The position numbers were made by a program, and so were the translations under genes. Source: Antedon mediterranea (lineage: Eukaryota; Animalia; Echinodermata). From it: a DNA stretch of 64,000 nucleotides. Of the stretch, positions 27,884 through 40,656 are shown one piece after another (the stretch's first letter is position 1; every line of letters starts with the position of its first letter). Below the pieces are notes generated by a model. The model was given only the letters and a program-made list of their open reading frames with translations, was not told the DNA's origin and searched no databases. The stretch covers positions 6,797,888-6,861,887 of the forward strand of contig NC_092676.1 of assembly GCF_964355755.1 (NCBI RefSeq). Direction: 5' to 3'.

Positions 27884-27937
27884 TCTGATTGGTTGTAGCC
27901 ATGGATTATATTGATTAACACTGTCCTGATTGGTTGT
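27884..27937 (-). promoter_or_regulatory. Two CCAAT boxes upstream of the Rab39-like gene
   Basis: caaccaatcag occurs twice on the minus strand, ~270-310 bp upstream of the ATG. Confidence 0.35.
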
Positions 27938-27954
27938 AACTTTGAATACTTCTT

Positions 27955-28420
27955 TTTACTATATAACCAATTTGGTTATAGTAAAACACAATCATAAAGA
28001 ATAGGAAACATTTAATAATTTGATAAATGACATTTACATAGCAATTTAACACTGTGTTTTACTATAACCAATTTGGTTGTAGTTAAACACAATAATAAAG
28101 AATAGGAATGACATTTACATAGCAATTTAGTACTGTGTTTTATTATAACCAATTTGGTTACAGTTAAACACAATAATAAAGAATAGGAATTGTATAATTT
28201 AATATAAACATGATAAATGATATTTAAATAGCAATTTATTACTGTCTTTTACTATAACCAATTTGGTTACGGTCAAACTCAATGATCAAGCATAGGAAAT
28301 ATTTAATAATATGATAAATGACATTTACATAGCAATTTAGCACTGTGTTTTACTATAACCAATTTGGTTACAGCATGGTTACAGTTACACACAATGATAA
28401 CAAATAGGATAAGATTAATT
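27955..28420. repeat. ~80-110-bp diverged tandem repeat with palindromic core taaccaa(a/t)ttggtt, 5 copies
   Basis: ttttactataaccaatttggttacagttaaacacaat recurs. Confidence 0.85.
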
Positions 28421-29197
28421 ATGATAAAAGACATAAATAATCTTTATTGTCTTTCTTTCTTGTTAGTTCTTTTTCACATACATAAAATCAAAACTAAAGA
28501 CAAAAGACCAAAAAAAAAAGCTTTCGCTTATCGAGTTTTGGCCTTTTATATTATAAACATACATACATTTACATAGTAACTTATTTTCTATTGCACACTA
28601 ATTAAGAATGGATGTTGTTTGATATGATACAATATGATTTTCTTCCAATTAGTGAAGACATTTTGAGATACTGCGTGCGTAGTTCATCTAACTAGATCAT
28701 TTTCGCTATTTAAAACTCACATTTTAAAACCGTAAACGCATAAATTTGCGGACATACTCGTAAATCACACATAATTTTAACAGTACTACACCATCCATAA
28801 CATACAGTAGTGTAGATTTGTACAAAAAGAGCAGAACAATTAAATGTAACTGTCTCATTACATCTACTGAAAAATTCATCGCGATGAATTTATTTATAAT
28901 ACACCAATCAGATTACATGCAATTAGTGACGAATAGCATATGCGCCGTTTATTGTTGAGGCGCGTAAACAGTGTGCGCGATGCATGACGAACAGATGAAT
29001 TGATATTCGACGCTTCGTGTTACGAATAATCGCCAAAGTATAATTAAGATAAATTAATTAATGAAATAAGATACGCAGATACGATGTTTGCATCAATTGT
29101 TCTTTAGAATACTTTTGAAATACAAAACAAAAAATGTGTGGCGATTGACGATATGTTCAATCATGGACCTATAAATTACTAATTTAGTTTAGTTAGG

Positions 29198-29545
29198 AAG
29201 GATACGATTAAAATCATTGAGAAGTTTATCACTGTGCGTTACTATACCCATTTCAGTTGTACGAGCGCACAGTGATAATGAATAGGATACGATTAAAACA
29301 GGGAGATTTATTTTACATCTCCCTGATTAAAATCAGTGAGAAGTTTACCACTGTTACGCTAGTATACCCATTTTGGCTGTATTCACGCACAGTTTCTGTA
29401 TAATGAATATGATACGAATAAAATCAGCGAGAAGTTTACTATATTGTGCGCTACTATACCCATTTGTGTTGTACTCACGCACAATGGTAGTTAATGGGAT
29501 ACGATTCAAATCAGCGAGACGTTTACTACTGTATGCTATCTATAC
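29198..29545. repeat. Diverged ~90-bp tandem repeat, ~4 copies
   Basis: gatacgattaaaatcag.gagaagttta...ctatacccattt recurs. Confidence 0.7.
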
Positions 29546-32213
29546 TATCCAAACCTAACTTAACCTCCATGATTAAGGCGGCACAACTACTGATACAAAC
29601 GAGATTCTGTATTATAAAATATTCCTATGATACTTGGCAAATATTGTATGTGGAGATACAGTCAGAGCTTGTGTCTTTAGGCAAAATACTATATTCCTAT
29701 TGTCGTGTTCTTCGGATGGGACGTAACATTGTCACGTGTACACACAAGTAAACAATAAAGAATTGTTTACACTGTTAATGATATGTTATCATTTCTTGTG
29801 TGCTGATTATGGTCATTGTACTGGGCACTCTGAGAGAAGAGTTTTGTACTAAAAGTCAACCTATAATAAAGAAGAAATAAAGTATAAAGTGACTGCCTTA
29901 TTCCAATTATAGACAATTAAGGCCCCTGGACCAATCCACATAATGAAGTATAATAAAATTGTATTCGGACATACAGACTTTCTTTTCTCATAAGTTGTAT
30001 CTAAAATAAATTGCAATACTTAAGATCATAACAAATAAATAATACCGATTGTAAACATGTCATTAAAACAATCAAGCGCATTGTTTCAGTGTTTGAATTA
30101 GACCATAATTATACCAAAACGACGATGTTTAGTGAATGAGGAAGCGGTAAGGTTTGCTATTATTTCATTTTAGAGTCTAGCGATGATCCGAGAATATTAA
30201 ACACCACCATGTCGTCTGTTTCAAAAAAATAATATAATAAATTTGGCACACAGAGCTTATAAAAAAAAGGTAATGTGTGTCGAAACACGCAAGGGCTAAA
30301 AGACCCCAAACAAAGCAAAGAAACAATTTTCTGTGATCCTACTCAATTACCACAATTTAAAACTTGTTTAATATATTGTTTGAATGTCGATAATCAATAT
30401 TATGATATAAGGTTTACGGTACACCACGAATGAGGGTTCGAAAAGAACTGTTTCTATACGTTTCGATTGATGTTTTATCGTTCTCAAGAGTAAGAGTGCA
30501 GTTTCTCCAGAATCATAAAATCATCATAACATTTTAAATCCTTGTCTACACTATCACACTTTATGAGATGTGCCCATATATGGACATGATGACATCATAT
30601 AACTCCCATATTCGGGGATATCACTACCATATTTGGTTACATCACACTTTTTTGTCAAACTAGTTTGATAGTGTAGCTTTCCTGAATATGTCTTAAAATG
30701 AAAATAACAAAGGTTGTTGTTGTTTGCTACACATGAATCGTAATCCCTCTAATAATTGCTAATAGCAAATGTAAGAAATAAAAAATATGCCATCAAATTG
30801 AAAAGGGCATAGTATTGATTTTACAGTTTACATTTCAACATTTAACATTGAGACAAAGACCCAATGTTTTGTTTATTTCCTCCATGGTTTAATAAAAATT
30901 CACGATTGTTATAATTGTTTTATTTATTATGTTTGTATATGATTTGGCTACTAAAACTATAATAAATAGTCAAGTTTGGTTTCAAGTGTATTTCACAGAT
31001 CTGATTGAATGATACTATTTTGTTTTGATATTGATATTTTTTTGGTTTGCTATTCATGAAAAAAAAAATTGCAAACAGGACCATATGTAAAACAGATGAT
31101 ACATCTTTTATCCTGTAAAATTAATAAATAAAAATATTGTTTTGTGTTTGTCCTTGCATTTAAAAAAAACCCAATACAAAATATACAGGAGCGTTGTCTT
31201 AACAATCCAGTGACAATAAAGAGGGTGCAATTTTTAGATACTACAAAACAAGGCAGAGCGAACTTCCCTGCTAAAAAAACTGCGATCAAGTTTATCCATA
31301 GTGTGTTTGTATAATGATTGGCTACATGTATACTTGGCACAAGTCTGTTTATTTTTTCTTGTTAGTCGATTAATCGGCCTTCCATGTTTTGTCTGAAAAA
31401 AACCCCAATTATTATACGTATAAAACGCCATATGTGCCAAAACCTATATCTTTTACTAATGTTAAGTTGAAAAACAGTCTAGTAGAACCTAGACTAGATA
31501 TTATTATACGTCTACGTCTAAATCAGCCTACTAATTGCCACATTATGACACCAACAACACACGACGCGTTAGTACTCATCTGCCCATGCGCACAAGTTTT
31601 TTCCGCGTAGAGGTTTATTAATGAGATAAACTAGGTTAAAGTTAATAGAAAATCGCTGTTATTTTCCAACTTTATAAGATAAGGCATCTTATTCTTATAA
31701 CTACAGCTTGATTATATCGGGTAACATACAGTGTAACGGAAACGTTTTACTTGTATCAGATATTTATTCGCATTAATCTATATACATATGCAATCATATC
31801 AACCGATACTTTATGCCGCAAAAACAAAATAAATAAATCCATTTTTTTTTTAAATAAATAAATTCCCAACCAATTTGACATAAATATTTGAATAAATTTG
31901 CGAACGAATTCGACTAGTGGAATACAAGCATCATGCAGAGACTGTGGATTTAACTTTAAATCTTAGTACACGCGGTGCTTTGTTTATAAGTTTTATGTTA
32001 GCGTAGTGAGGTGTTGAGAGATGGCCAGAATCATGTCTAAAAGCTAGAGATTATTTGGAGTACACCCGACCATCAGAACATAATAAATATCGCTGTCCGT
32101 GTCCGAATACGGTCATTAAAAAACAATTATCACAACGCTCAATGCGCTTATCATTCAACATGCTCTGTTGATTCGTCGTGAAATCAAAATTTTGTTTTTG
32201 TTTCAGTGCATTA

Positions 32214-35200
32214 TAGTGGAGTCTGTTAGGGATATTTTGGTTCACTTTTTTCCAAAAGCATCAAATTTGGTATACAGGTTTCCCACCCTATACAAATTAA
32301 ATTTTTGATGGGCGCCAAGCAAAATGACCCCTTGGGTCACCTAATTTGCATAATTTAAAATGGCGGACACTTTCGCTTAAACAGTCTATATCTCTGAAAC
32401 TACTGGTCATAGAGAGTTGATTTTTAGCTCAAAATGTTCAGAACATAAACATTCCTATTTACTCTAATGAAGTATTTTTGAAAAAAATGACCGGAAGTAC
32501 CAGTTTTAACCTTTGACCCATATTTTAAGGCATTGCCATATCTCAGTAAATAGTTGTCACAGACAGTTTATTTAAGTGTCAAATTGTTCAGAATATATAT
32601 GTTACTATTTAGTTTAATGAAACATTTTATCCAAAAATGACCGGAAGTACTCAGTTTTGCCTTTGACCATTACGGTGTAATTACGAATCTTTTTATGGTT
32701 AATATATTTTGATATCCATAAAACTACTTGTCATAGAGAGTTAATGTTGGTGTCAAAATGTTCAGAACATAAACATTTCTATTTACTATAATAAAGTTTT
32801 TTCTGAAATAATGACCAGAAATACCATATTTGACCTTTGACCTGTTTTTTCAGGCAAATTGCTATATCTCATTATTGGGTTGGCGTGGAAAGTTCATTTT
32901 GGTGTCAGATTGTTCAGAATATATATGTTACTATTATGTTTAATAGAAGATTTTTCCAAAAAATGTCAGGAAGTACAGTTGACCTGTTACATACATAAAA
33001 TTATAAATTTGTTCAAGTTAACTGTATATTTATATTATTTTGCAATCCACTTTTGAGCACTTGTCGAAGATGGCTACTTGCATGTGCAATTGAACGAAGT
33101 ATACTGAATGAAGTTGAATATAGTCCTATTTGTAATGAGTCTAGAGTAACGCAAATGAGAGAAAATTGTCTAGACAAAAAATACCCAATCTCATTCTCAT
33201 CTAATCGAGTACTTAAATGAAGTCTTCTACACATTTAGCAATAATGTTTACTGATGAAATCTATTCAAGTTTTGTTTTGGAAAGTTAGTGTTTCCATCAC
33301 TTGTGTTTGTTTGGTTGTTACATTCAGGGTAATTGTCCTATATTGCATTTCTTTGCTGAGTATCTTTCTTTAAAGGGCCTTCAAACTGGGGTATAACCTA
33401 CTAATTAAAAGGATGGACATTTTCGGGATGCACAATATAAAAACTAGACTACTGTTGCCATATCACGAACCACAACTAAAAAATATTTTTTCCACCAGAC
33501 CTAAAGTAATCCTTGGTCCGCCAAACTTGGCAGAATTCTCGAATTTTAATTTAAAAAAATGTGGCCATCATCTGGACACGATTTGGGTATTACAGTTTTG
33601 TTACTTATGACATTACGCCTTAGTATCATCTTTTTCATTATTGCCTTTTTACTTGATTTTTGGTTGATTAGTAAATGTTAAATTGTTGTTATATTGGAAT
33701 TGGTAACAACTCTTGGCTTGTGTAACATAATGTATTGATGAGCTGTTTTAACCTCATGAACAGATTTACTTTTATTACTTTCATTTCTTTTATGTACATT
33801 TTCAAAGTATTGAATGATGTGTCCTTTCTCATATCGAGTATTTGGAAAATAATGGCTTATTCAAACTTCTTTAGCAATCCTTGAACAGTCTGGTTGGTTC
33901 AGTCCCCATAAGCACATTTATGGTAATTGTAATATTTTCAGTGTTCTCGTAAAGACGAAATGCCCCATCATGTTCTGAGCTTGAGTATGATATTGTTTCT
34001 TAGAAATGAGGCTAAACCTTTTTGTTGATTTTTGCACAACATTTCCATTCATAAAATTTGCATTGTTCACATAGTCAAGGACATGCAATACAGAGTTCAT
34101 TTTAAGTTTGAAAAAAGGGCAATATATGAAAAAGAGGATACTAGAGCGTAACATGTCATTAGTAACAAAACTGTTCCTATTCATCCAATCTCTTCTAGAT
34201 GATTACTGTATATGGTCGATTTCTTATTTTTTTTCTAATTTGAAAATCTTTGAGAACCACCAAGCTGGATGGTCCTTGGATGACTTAGGTCTGGAGGACA
34301 GAAATCTTCGGTGTCTTTTCCCCATTCAGTGGTTGTTCGTGTTATGGCAACAAAGAGAAATGTAGCAACATGAAATTGTTATGCAACAGCAAACACAAGT
34401 GACGGAAACACTAACTTTCCAAAACAAAACTTTTACTGGATTTCATCAGTAGGCCTACACATTATTGCTAAATATGTGGAAGACTTCATTTAAGTACTCG
34501 ATTAGATGAGATTGGGTATTTTTTGTATATACAATTTTCTCATTTCTCATTTACATTACTCTAGACTCACTACAAATAGGACAATCTATTCAACTTTGTT
34601 CAGTATACTTTGTTCAATTGCACATGCAAGCAGCCATCTTCGACAAGTGCTCAAAAGTGGGTTGCAAAATAATATCATAAATATACAGTTAACTATACAA
34701 TTAGCTGAACAAATTTATAAATTTTATGTATTTAACAAGTCAATAACTATACTTCCTGAAATTTTTTTGAAAAGTCTTCTATTAAGCAGAATAGAAACAT
34801 ATATATTCTGAACAATCTGACACCAAAATGAACTTTCCACTCCAACCCAATAATGAGATATGGCAATTTGCCTGAAAAAAACAGGTCAAAGGTCAAATAT
34901 GGTATTTCTGGTCATTATTTGAGAAAAAACTTTATTATAGTAAATAGAAATGTTTATGTTCTGAACATTTTGACACCAACATTAACTCTCTATGACAAGT
35001 AGTTTTATGGATATCAAAATATATTAACCGTAACAAGGCTGGTAATTACATCGTAACGGTCAAAGGCAAAACTGAGTACTTCCGGTCATTTTTGGATAAA
35101 ATGTTTCATTAAATTAAATAGTAACATATATATTCTGAACAATTTGACACTTAAATAAACTGTCTGTGACAACTATTTACTGAGATATGGCAATGCCTTA

Positions 35201-35522
35201 AAATATGGGTCAAAGGTTAAAACTGGTACTTCCGGTCATTTTTTTCAAAAAAACTTCATTAGAGTAAATAGGAATGTTTATGTTCTGAACATTTTGGGCT
35301 AAAAATCAACTCTCTATGACCAGTATTTTTAGAGATATAGACTGTTTAAGCGAAAATGTCCGCCATTTTAAATTATGCAAATTAGGTGACCCAAGGGGTC
35401 ATTTTGCTTGGCGCCCATCAAAAATTGAATTTGTATAGGGTGGGCAACCTGTATACCAAATTTGGTGCTTTTGGAAGAAACTGAACCAAACACCCTTATT
35501 TCAGCCCTAACAGACTCCACTA
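32214..35522 (-). mobile_element. Internally deleted Academ-like DNA transposon with ~1.1-kb TIRs and a transposase relic
   Basis: tta|tagtggagtctgttaggg ... ccctaacagactccacta|tta (TAG...CTA ends, 3-bp TSD). Arms 32214-~33310 and ~34390-35522. Internal minus-strand fragments FMNGNVVQKSTKRFSLISKKQYH and PDCSRIAKE resemble Academ transposase motifs. Confidence 0.7.
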
Positions 35523-36329
35523 TTATGAATATTATATTACCGACCGATACTATGTCACAATTCAAACAAATAAATGATTCATTATTCTGACTTTTCCTAC
35601 AGGTTTATGCTGACAGTTAACTGTGGAACAATGCATGTTTAGGTATCTTTGTGCTGGCTTTGTCATTGCCAAAAAATAATGACAGACCTAATTTAAATAG
35701 AATTTTGAAACCATAATTTCAATACAAGACAGTTACGTAATAGTAGGAAAGTGTCATCTAATGCACTACGATTACAGGTTTTGAAGTAATCCACAGTTCT
35801 TTTTTATGTACAATAATTAAATAGTTTTAATCGTTGCAATTATAATAATAAGGATGTAATACACAATGATAGCATAGTGTTAGTCTGTGTTCCGGACGGA
35901 GTTTTTACTTATTATTAGTAAAAATATACATCTTTTGGCACATATGGCGTTTCGTACGTACTGTATATTACTTGAGCCCGTTTTCAGGTTCAGACAAACA
36001 TCTATATACTATTACGCTACCTGCAGTTCACCGTTAATAGACGTCGTTCCGTTACTGTACCGTTGTATTACTTTTCAAAGCTTTTCGTTAAAGTATAGGA
36101 GACGTTCAGCATGTAGGCCTATAAGCGTAGTGTGTATGCTATTACGATACGGCTGTAGCTAGTATACCATGAATAGACGTCGTTCCGTTACTGTACCGTC
36201 GTTATAATTATATTATATACGTTGTATTTACTTTTCAACGCTTATCGTTACAGTATATAAAATATTCAGCTGACAGCTGACAGCCATAAGCATTTTATAG
36301 TATTGAAAACGCTCTTTGAATATTATATT

Positions 36330-36555
36330 TATTATCATCATCCTCATCACTAAAATAATCATAATCGTTGATCGTTCATCGTAGTCATCGTCATCGTCGT
36401 CATCATCATCATCATCATCATCATCATCGTCGTCGTTGTCGTCATGATCGTCATGATCGTCATCGTTGATCGTAGTCATCGTCATCATCGTCATTGTCGT
36501 CATTGAACGTTCATCGTAGTCACCATCATCACCATCGTCATCATTATCATCATGG
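36330..36555. repeat. (TCA/TCG)n trinucleotide microsatellite
   Basis: Directly visible. Confidence 0.95.
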
Positions 36556-37849
36556 TATTTTTTAATCTGTGTTTACATACGTTTGGTTTCATTTGCTTTA
36601 TCATAAACCACGACATGATTCGTATAAATTTAACAATTTAACAACATTGTGTGCAATAATTTTTTTTTTATCATTATTCAATCATAACTAATAATAAAGT
36701 ATATACAAACAAATATTCTTAAACATGCACAAACTATGCCCATTGGCCATCCTTAACACGACATATCTAATGTAAACTTATTATTAGCTACTATACTGTA
36801 CTACTAATAACTACTATACTGTACTAAAGGTGTGTTGTGCTACTTCGTTTCACGATAATTAAAATCTATTTAATAATTATAACATAGACCTACATAAAAC
36901 CTTCTTAACAAGTACGTATTGAATTAATTTTTATACAAAGTTTTCTATACTGTGGATATTCGTTCAACTAAACTATAACACATTTGCCTCTAACTACATA
37001 TTTCTGTATTCTATACGATAACTTACTTTCTTACTAAAGTTTATTATTACTAACAGGCAAGTAAATTATTACTCTGAGATATGTGTGTGAACAAAAAAAC
37101 AGTAAAAATTAATGAAAACTTAACGTAAATATAATAAAATTAGTGCTGTAATATTAGTTTGCTAAAAAATAATATTTCATAGAAATACTCTATATAATTA
37201 TTACTATTCAGCATATAACACTTAATATAAATATAATATATACATTTTCTAATTATACACAGGAAAATAAATTAAAAAATGTATGCAGTTACATTATCAC
37301 CTATTATAATATAGTTTAATATATTGTCTATTGTTATATATTGTTATAATTCACAATATTTTTGAACGTATTTAGGGCCTACACAATTACAAAGTTTAAA
37401 ACGATAATAAAATACAATATCTACTGTACCGTCAATCAAATTGAGGGCGTAGTTTATGTTATTAACTCGAACGCGTTCATTCAATTAACCCCATGTAGCA
37501 TTTGCAAGTTATATTTTTAATTAAGGTAATAATCATTTAAAATGTTATTTCTGGTTCATATTAACAAAATGTATATAAAAAATAAATTAGAAATTGTTTT
37601 CTGGTTTCCTATAAGCCGTGCCTTAGTATTAGGCCTAATGCACAATCATGTGAGTATTTAAAGCAACAAAACATCTAAACATATTTAAATCTAACTCCAC
37701 AATTTCACGCCACGCATTCATGTCATTATTATTATTGGTTGAAGGTTTCTTGTAAATTCTTTTATTATTGATATATTTGATATTTCTTAAATAATTTATA
37801 TAATCTATTTTTTACTTGTTTTTTTAGTTTTAAACATGTTAAACTTATG

Positions 37850-38050
37850 TGTTAGAGAAAAGATATTAGTTTAATTGTTGTTTTTTTGGAGTTTCTAATT
37901 GTTTCTAATTGTTTCTAATTGTGTTATATTATTTATATTTTATTTGTTTTGTTTTGAGGAGCCTATTCACCACAAGCTTTGCTTTCTTTTAGGCTCCTCC
38001 ACTTTATATTTATATATTTGTAAAGTGAAATAAATAAATGAAATGAAATT
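37850..38050 (+). mobile_element. LINE/SINE 3' end fragment
   Basis: Stem-loop gaggagccta...taggctcctc followed by an aataaataaatgaaatgaaat tail. Confidence 0.5.
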
Positions 38051-38082
38051 ATTTTATATATTATCGAAATCGGTATTCTAGT

Positions 38083-40120
38083 CAATAGGAAGTTTTCGCA
38101 ATCTTACAAATACGATAACGAAAACGGATACGTCACGCACACGTATTCGTTTTCGTAAGCCAGTTAAAATCTGTTTCGCATGGCAACAAAATATTGAGGG
38201 CGCCGTCCAAAATATGACTGTGGTCAAAGATAGTGTAGTTGGAAGATGTTACACTTCGCTCAAAATTTAGAGAACCGCTCGAGATAGGGCGCCTCTCACG
38301 ACGAGTAGGGATAGACGAATCTGAAACATGAGGAGCGCAATGGCAAAGCCCAATGAAAATGGTGTTTTCGGCAATAAATTGTAAAAATAAGCCACAAAAA
38401 ACAAAACAAAAACTTCTTTTTTGTCTTTATTATAGAAAGTTAAAAATTAATATGATGTTTTCATACTGTTTTTGGATCTTTTTAATTGTTAATACATTTA
38501 TTTGGAGTGAGTTTTGGCATGACATGACTGTAAACACTGAGCTAGGATCAGGAGGAGGCTTACGCGCGCGCGCCTGTAGACACATTCATGAATGGATGCT
38601 GGTCATCTCGTACCCAAACCAACCCGTACCCAAACCAACCCGTACCCATAAAAACTCTTACCCATCTTGGTAAACCCCAGTCAAGTCTGAAGTCATAATG
38701 CAAATTTTACAGTATACAGTATTGTTGTTGGCAAACAATATATGATTTATGAATAAATTATAGCAATTCTTCTGCAATTTCAATATTTTCTATAAAGCAA
38801 TTTCTATAAAACTCTATGGGGTCGAATCTGTAAATTAACATAGAATTCTAAAACTTCTATAGATAGAACATTTTTTATTAGGGTAGTATAATAAAAGGGG
38901 GTAAAGTAGGCCTCCCCACGGATATTTTTTCCTTTATATAACCTCACCAATAATAACTTATTGGCTTATAATTAATATCAATATTGTTAGGCGTTACCAT
39001 CATGGCATATAAAATTACGATGAATGCACGAAAGTTCGGAGTGTTACAAGCATAATATAATAATTAGTTACAGTATTATTAAATTATTAAAATTAATAGA
39101 TAATTAACAATAATTAGTTTTTTTTTCAGTAAAAAAACATACTCGTAGTCCTAAATTCCTATAATGTTCAAGCCTACTGGTACCGTATTCAGTGTATGCA
39201 GATCGACTATTTGTATAATATTATTATTGATTACAATAAATATTGATTGATTGATTGATTATTGATTACATGCCATACTACCTCTTCTCTTTTATTACCC
39301 TTAGAAATAAACCATACGTAATCGATTATTATAGGCACACATTGTAGGCCTATTTACCACTAGGCTCCTAATATATTTATTCACTCTGATGAAGAAGTGT
39401 TTCTAAAGCTAGGTATTACATTTTCTATCTCTGTCCAATGATAAACAATTAAATGTAAATAATTTAAAAAAGTTCAATTGATTTGATGATAATTAAAAAC
39501 ATTAAAATAAAAGAAATAAAATACGGGTAGATAAATTCCAGGTACCTAAACAATTCCAGGTAATTGAAACACAAATTTGTATTCCAAAGCATATAAATAT
39601 GATTCATTTGCACTTTCTATAAAGATAACATTACATTTTATATGTTAATTCGTATTAAATCTTAATTTTACAATCATATGATTCTACTGTTATATAGCCT
39701 ATTTCCTATACAATAACTTTCCGTATCCCTACTCGACGTGCGAGGCGCCCTTTAAATTTAGCTCCATATTGTCAAGCTTTTATTTGCATTGAACGAATAG
39801 AATGTGTAACATCTTCCTACTACACTATCTTTGCTGTGGTAAATTTGAGCGAAGCGCGGGTACGTGTTGCTTGGTGCTTGGCTGCCTAGGCCTAGCGTAA
39901 CATCAAAGCGAGTGAGGACTTTAAAAACTGCTATTTATCAAAATTGACCATGCAGTTTAGTAAATTACTTTCAATTAATCTATAATTATATTATAATCAT
40001 GAATCTTTCCTGATTCAAATGAAAAATGTGCAAAATAGATCAAAAACTATACTCGTTTTGTAGTTATGAATATGACTGGTATGGTGATATTCGTCAACAC
40101 GAATACGCTTAATAGGGATA
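38083..40120. mobile_element. Degraded composite DNA-transposon remnant
   Basis: Inverted matches between 38225-38320 and 39719-39835. The ends are related to the MITE at 18560-18989. Confidence 0.45.
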
Positions 40121-40171
40121 TGAGAGTGCACATTGTTCAAAACGAAGTTTGCATGTTAAAATCACATTTTC

Positions 40172-40645
40172 TCAAGCCTCAAACTCTTTAATAAACCGCT
40201 CAATTACATGACCTATATCATTGAATAGGTCACTTTGTAAAATATTTATGTCAATTTCATTAATGTTGTCCAACTCCTTACAAATAATCGGGTTTAAAGT
40301 CTCTAGTATAGACACAAACGGTTGTACAAGGCTCAGTAAGGCGACGTCCTCAATATCTCATTATCTTATTAATAATTGCAATTCTTTTGGTTTAACTCTG
40401 TTCAATGTATTCATTACATCATCCGATAGTTGGCAATTTATCATATCAAAATTACGCAGTTTAGGAGAGTTATTCACTAAAACACACAGCAGAGTTGCGT
40501 CAATGTCCCTGAAGTAGTTATTCCCAACAGAAAGCTCATGTAATTGTAACTCATCTCTTGCAAACGCTCTGATAATTTCATTCATGACATCACCTTGTAT
40601 TTTACAATTATTTATGTTGAGTATAAGCAGCTTAGACGAGTTCAG
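40172..40645 (-). pseudogene. Out-of-frame/decayed LRR tail of the NLR gene
   Basis: LNSSKLLILNINNCKIQGDVMNEIIRAFARDELQLHELSVGNN...(stop 40361), then IR**DIEDVALLS... in the same frame to 40172. Confidence 0.75.
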
Positions 40646-40656
40646 AGTAAAGTACT

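Noticed and set aside
36228-36503. Poly-Asp ORF
   Set aside because: Translation of a (TCA)n microsatellite, with no splice or coding support.
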